DNA of 63,211 nt, filler included, from Phoronis australis (lineage: Eukaryota; Animalia; Phoronida): assembly GCA_002633005.1 (NCBI GenBank). It is 11 parts of 11 records of this genome, joined end to end, with 100 filler letters (N's around TTAATTAATTAA, not from the genome) between each part and the next. Parts side by side here need not be neighbours in the genome. Positions count along the whole stretch, not along the records: positions 59,925 to 63,211 come from NMRA01003107.1; 10 more parts are not named here. The stretch is one strand, 5' to 3'. The translations under genes and the position numbers were made by a program. Shown here piece after piece: positions 61,731 to 63,211 of the stretch; positions within the stretch are counted from its first letter, which is position 1; every line of letters starts with the position of its first letter. The notes beneath the pieces were generated by a model. That model saw only the letters and a program-made list of their open reading frames with translations, did not search any database and was not told the DNA's origin.

Positions 61731-62969
61731 TGGGTTTAATTTAAACTTTAGCCATCTTGTTTACCAAATTTAGGTCCAGGAACTTGAAATATGCTTATTA
61801 CACAAGTCCACTTGCCCCGTTGGCTTTTAGCTCCATTTGAAAGAGACGGACCGTTACCGCTCACATCGTGGGACTGATCTCCAAATTCTGTCATTGATTA
61901 TTTTTTACTTTGAGAAACATTTTGACTTGTATGCATCCAACTTAGGCCAATTACACTATTGGTGTAAAATTTCAAATTAATAATACTAAAGATTGATTCC
62001 ATAAAAATATATTTTGCATTTTGTTCTTAGGAACAGCAATAAATTAGCACAATGCAGTAATACAATACAACATTTTGTTGGAACAAAACAAACTTTTAAG
62101 TACAAAATAGAAGAAATATCTTAAAACAAGGCTCAGAATACCACCAAGCACATCTTCAATAAAAATAGAAAATGGTCTTACTACAATATTTAGCTTTTAA
62201 ATGCAAGGACGGAATGATTAATCCAACAGTGCACAAGAATGGACGGTCGTTGAATGAGTTGCCTTCAAAAAGATCACTCCACCTACCACTAAAACATTTG
62301 GTAAAAAGCACCTGTTTCACTGAACACTGCAATATTTTGTCGCTTTTTTCTTGAAAACTTTGTAAAAGGAATATGGCGACGCTTTTAACTAAATAATGCT
62401 CTTTCATTACATAATCAAATGTTTTAAAAACAACCACAAATAAATAATTTTCAGTCATTTTTGAATTTCAGGTGGAGCACCAACAAAATGGCCACCACAG
62501 CTGAATGGCCTTGACCTTCACTTTTAGGAACTGTCCGTAAAAACGTTAAATGTTTCTGTTTTGGTAATGTCTCTCACTGGCGGAACTCTCAGCAAACTTA
62601 ACTCATAAGAAGGAGTGTCTAAAGTTCAGATCTGTAAAAATTAATAGATTAATATCGCATGACAAATAGGACACCAACTTCTACCGACAAGTTCTTGGAA
62701 TCTAGGCATTTGCTTAAAAGTATGGGACACTAGCAAACACGGTGTCCGCATTCTTGAGGGTTATTTAATTCAAGTCACTGCAACATGGGAGACCATACTA
62801 CAATGACCGAAATATTGCCGGCTGGTTTCAAGAACAGTCAACCATTCATGAAGCTAGCGAGACATTGGAAGCACCTCAGCTGTGAGTGCGTGCATTTGAT
62901 AAACATTGCCATCTCCATCAATATCACTACCAATTATGTGAAACAAATGGATTAAACAATGGCGATTAC

Positions 62970-63045
62970 CTTCCTCAAACAGATGAAGATAATCACTAAG
63001 AATCTCTGGTAACACAAAGTTCCACATTGACCTGTAAGTCCCTGT
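62970..63045 (-). CDS. Possible internal exon of an unidentified gene (TGTYRSMWNFVLPEILSDYLHLFEE)
   Basis: TATTTCAG acceptor, AAG|GTAAT donor, open frame; no recognised homology. Confidence 0.35.
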
Positions 63046-63211
63046 CTGAAATACCCGGTCAAGAATGACAATGAGTCGTAACTATAGGCTATAGTACATG
63101 CAATGTCCTCTATGATTCTCCTATCATGGTAGCTGGGCAAAAGTTGAATTGCTCGTCAGAGTAATCCTTACTCGTGACCAAGAACAAGGGGAACTAACAA
63201 GAAAGTAACAT

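Overview
Repeat-rich invertebrate animal genomic DNA (bilaterian, probably lophotrochozoan-like; taxon is inference). It is not one continuous locus: ten artificial 100-bp linkers (44 N + TTAATTAATTAA + 44 N) join 11 segments, so adjacency across linkers cannot be trusted. Host genes: an intact single-coding-exon DUF229 gene (-), four internal exons of TRAPPC8 (-), one oddly divergent RIM/RIMS C2B exon (+), and in-phase exon pairs of two unidentified genes. The rest is mostly mobile DNA: an Academ(X)-like XPG/H3TH transposase relic, Kolobok-like TTAA elements (one with a THAP remnant and an in-window empty site), Harbinger-, MULE-, hAT- and P-like MITEs with readable TIRs/TSDs, an internally deleted BEL/Pao element, LINE fossils, a Helentron-type repeat and several minisatellites. 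The most unusual structure is a 0.8-1 kb non-coding repeat present three times. It carries a long terminal hairpin, an inverted internal copy of its own end-to-end junction, and a TGACGTCA + tRNA-like cassette followed by a palindrome. It may be a non-autonomous tyrosine-recombinase (Crypton-like) element. No new multi-gene system is demonstrable from the sequence alone, and all family assignments rest on motif recognition without database searches.
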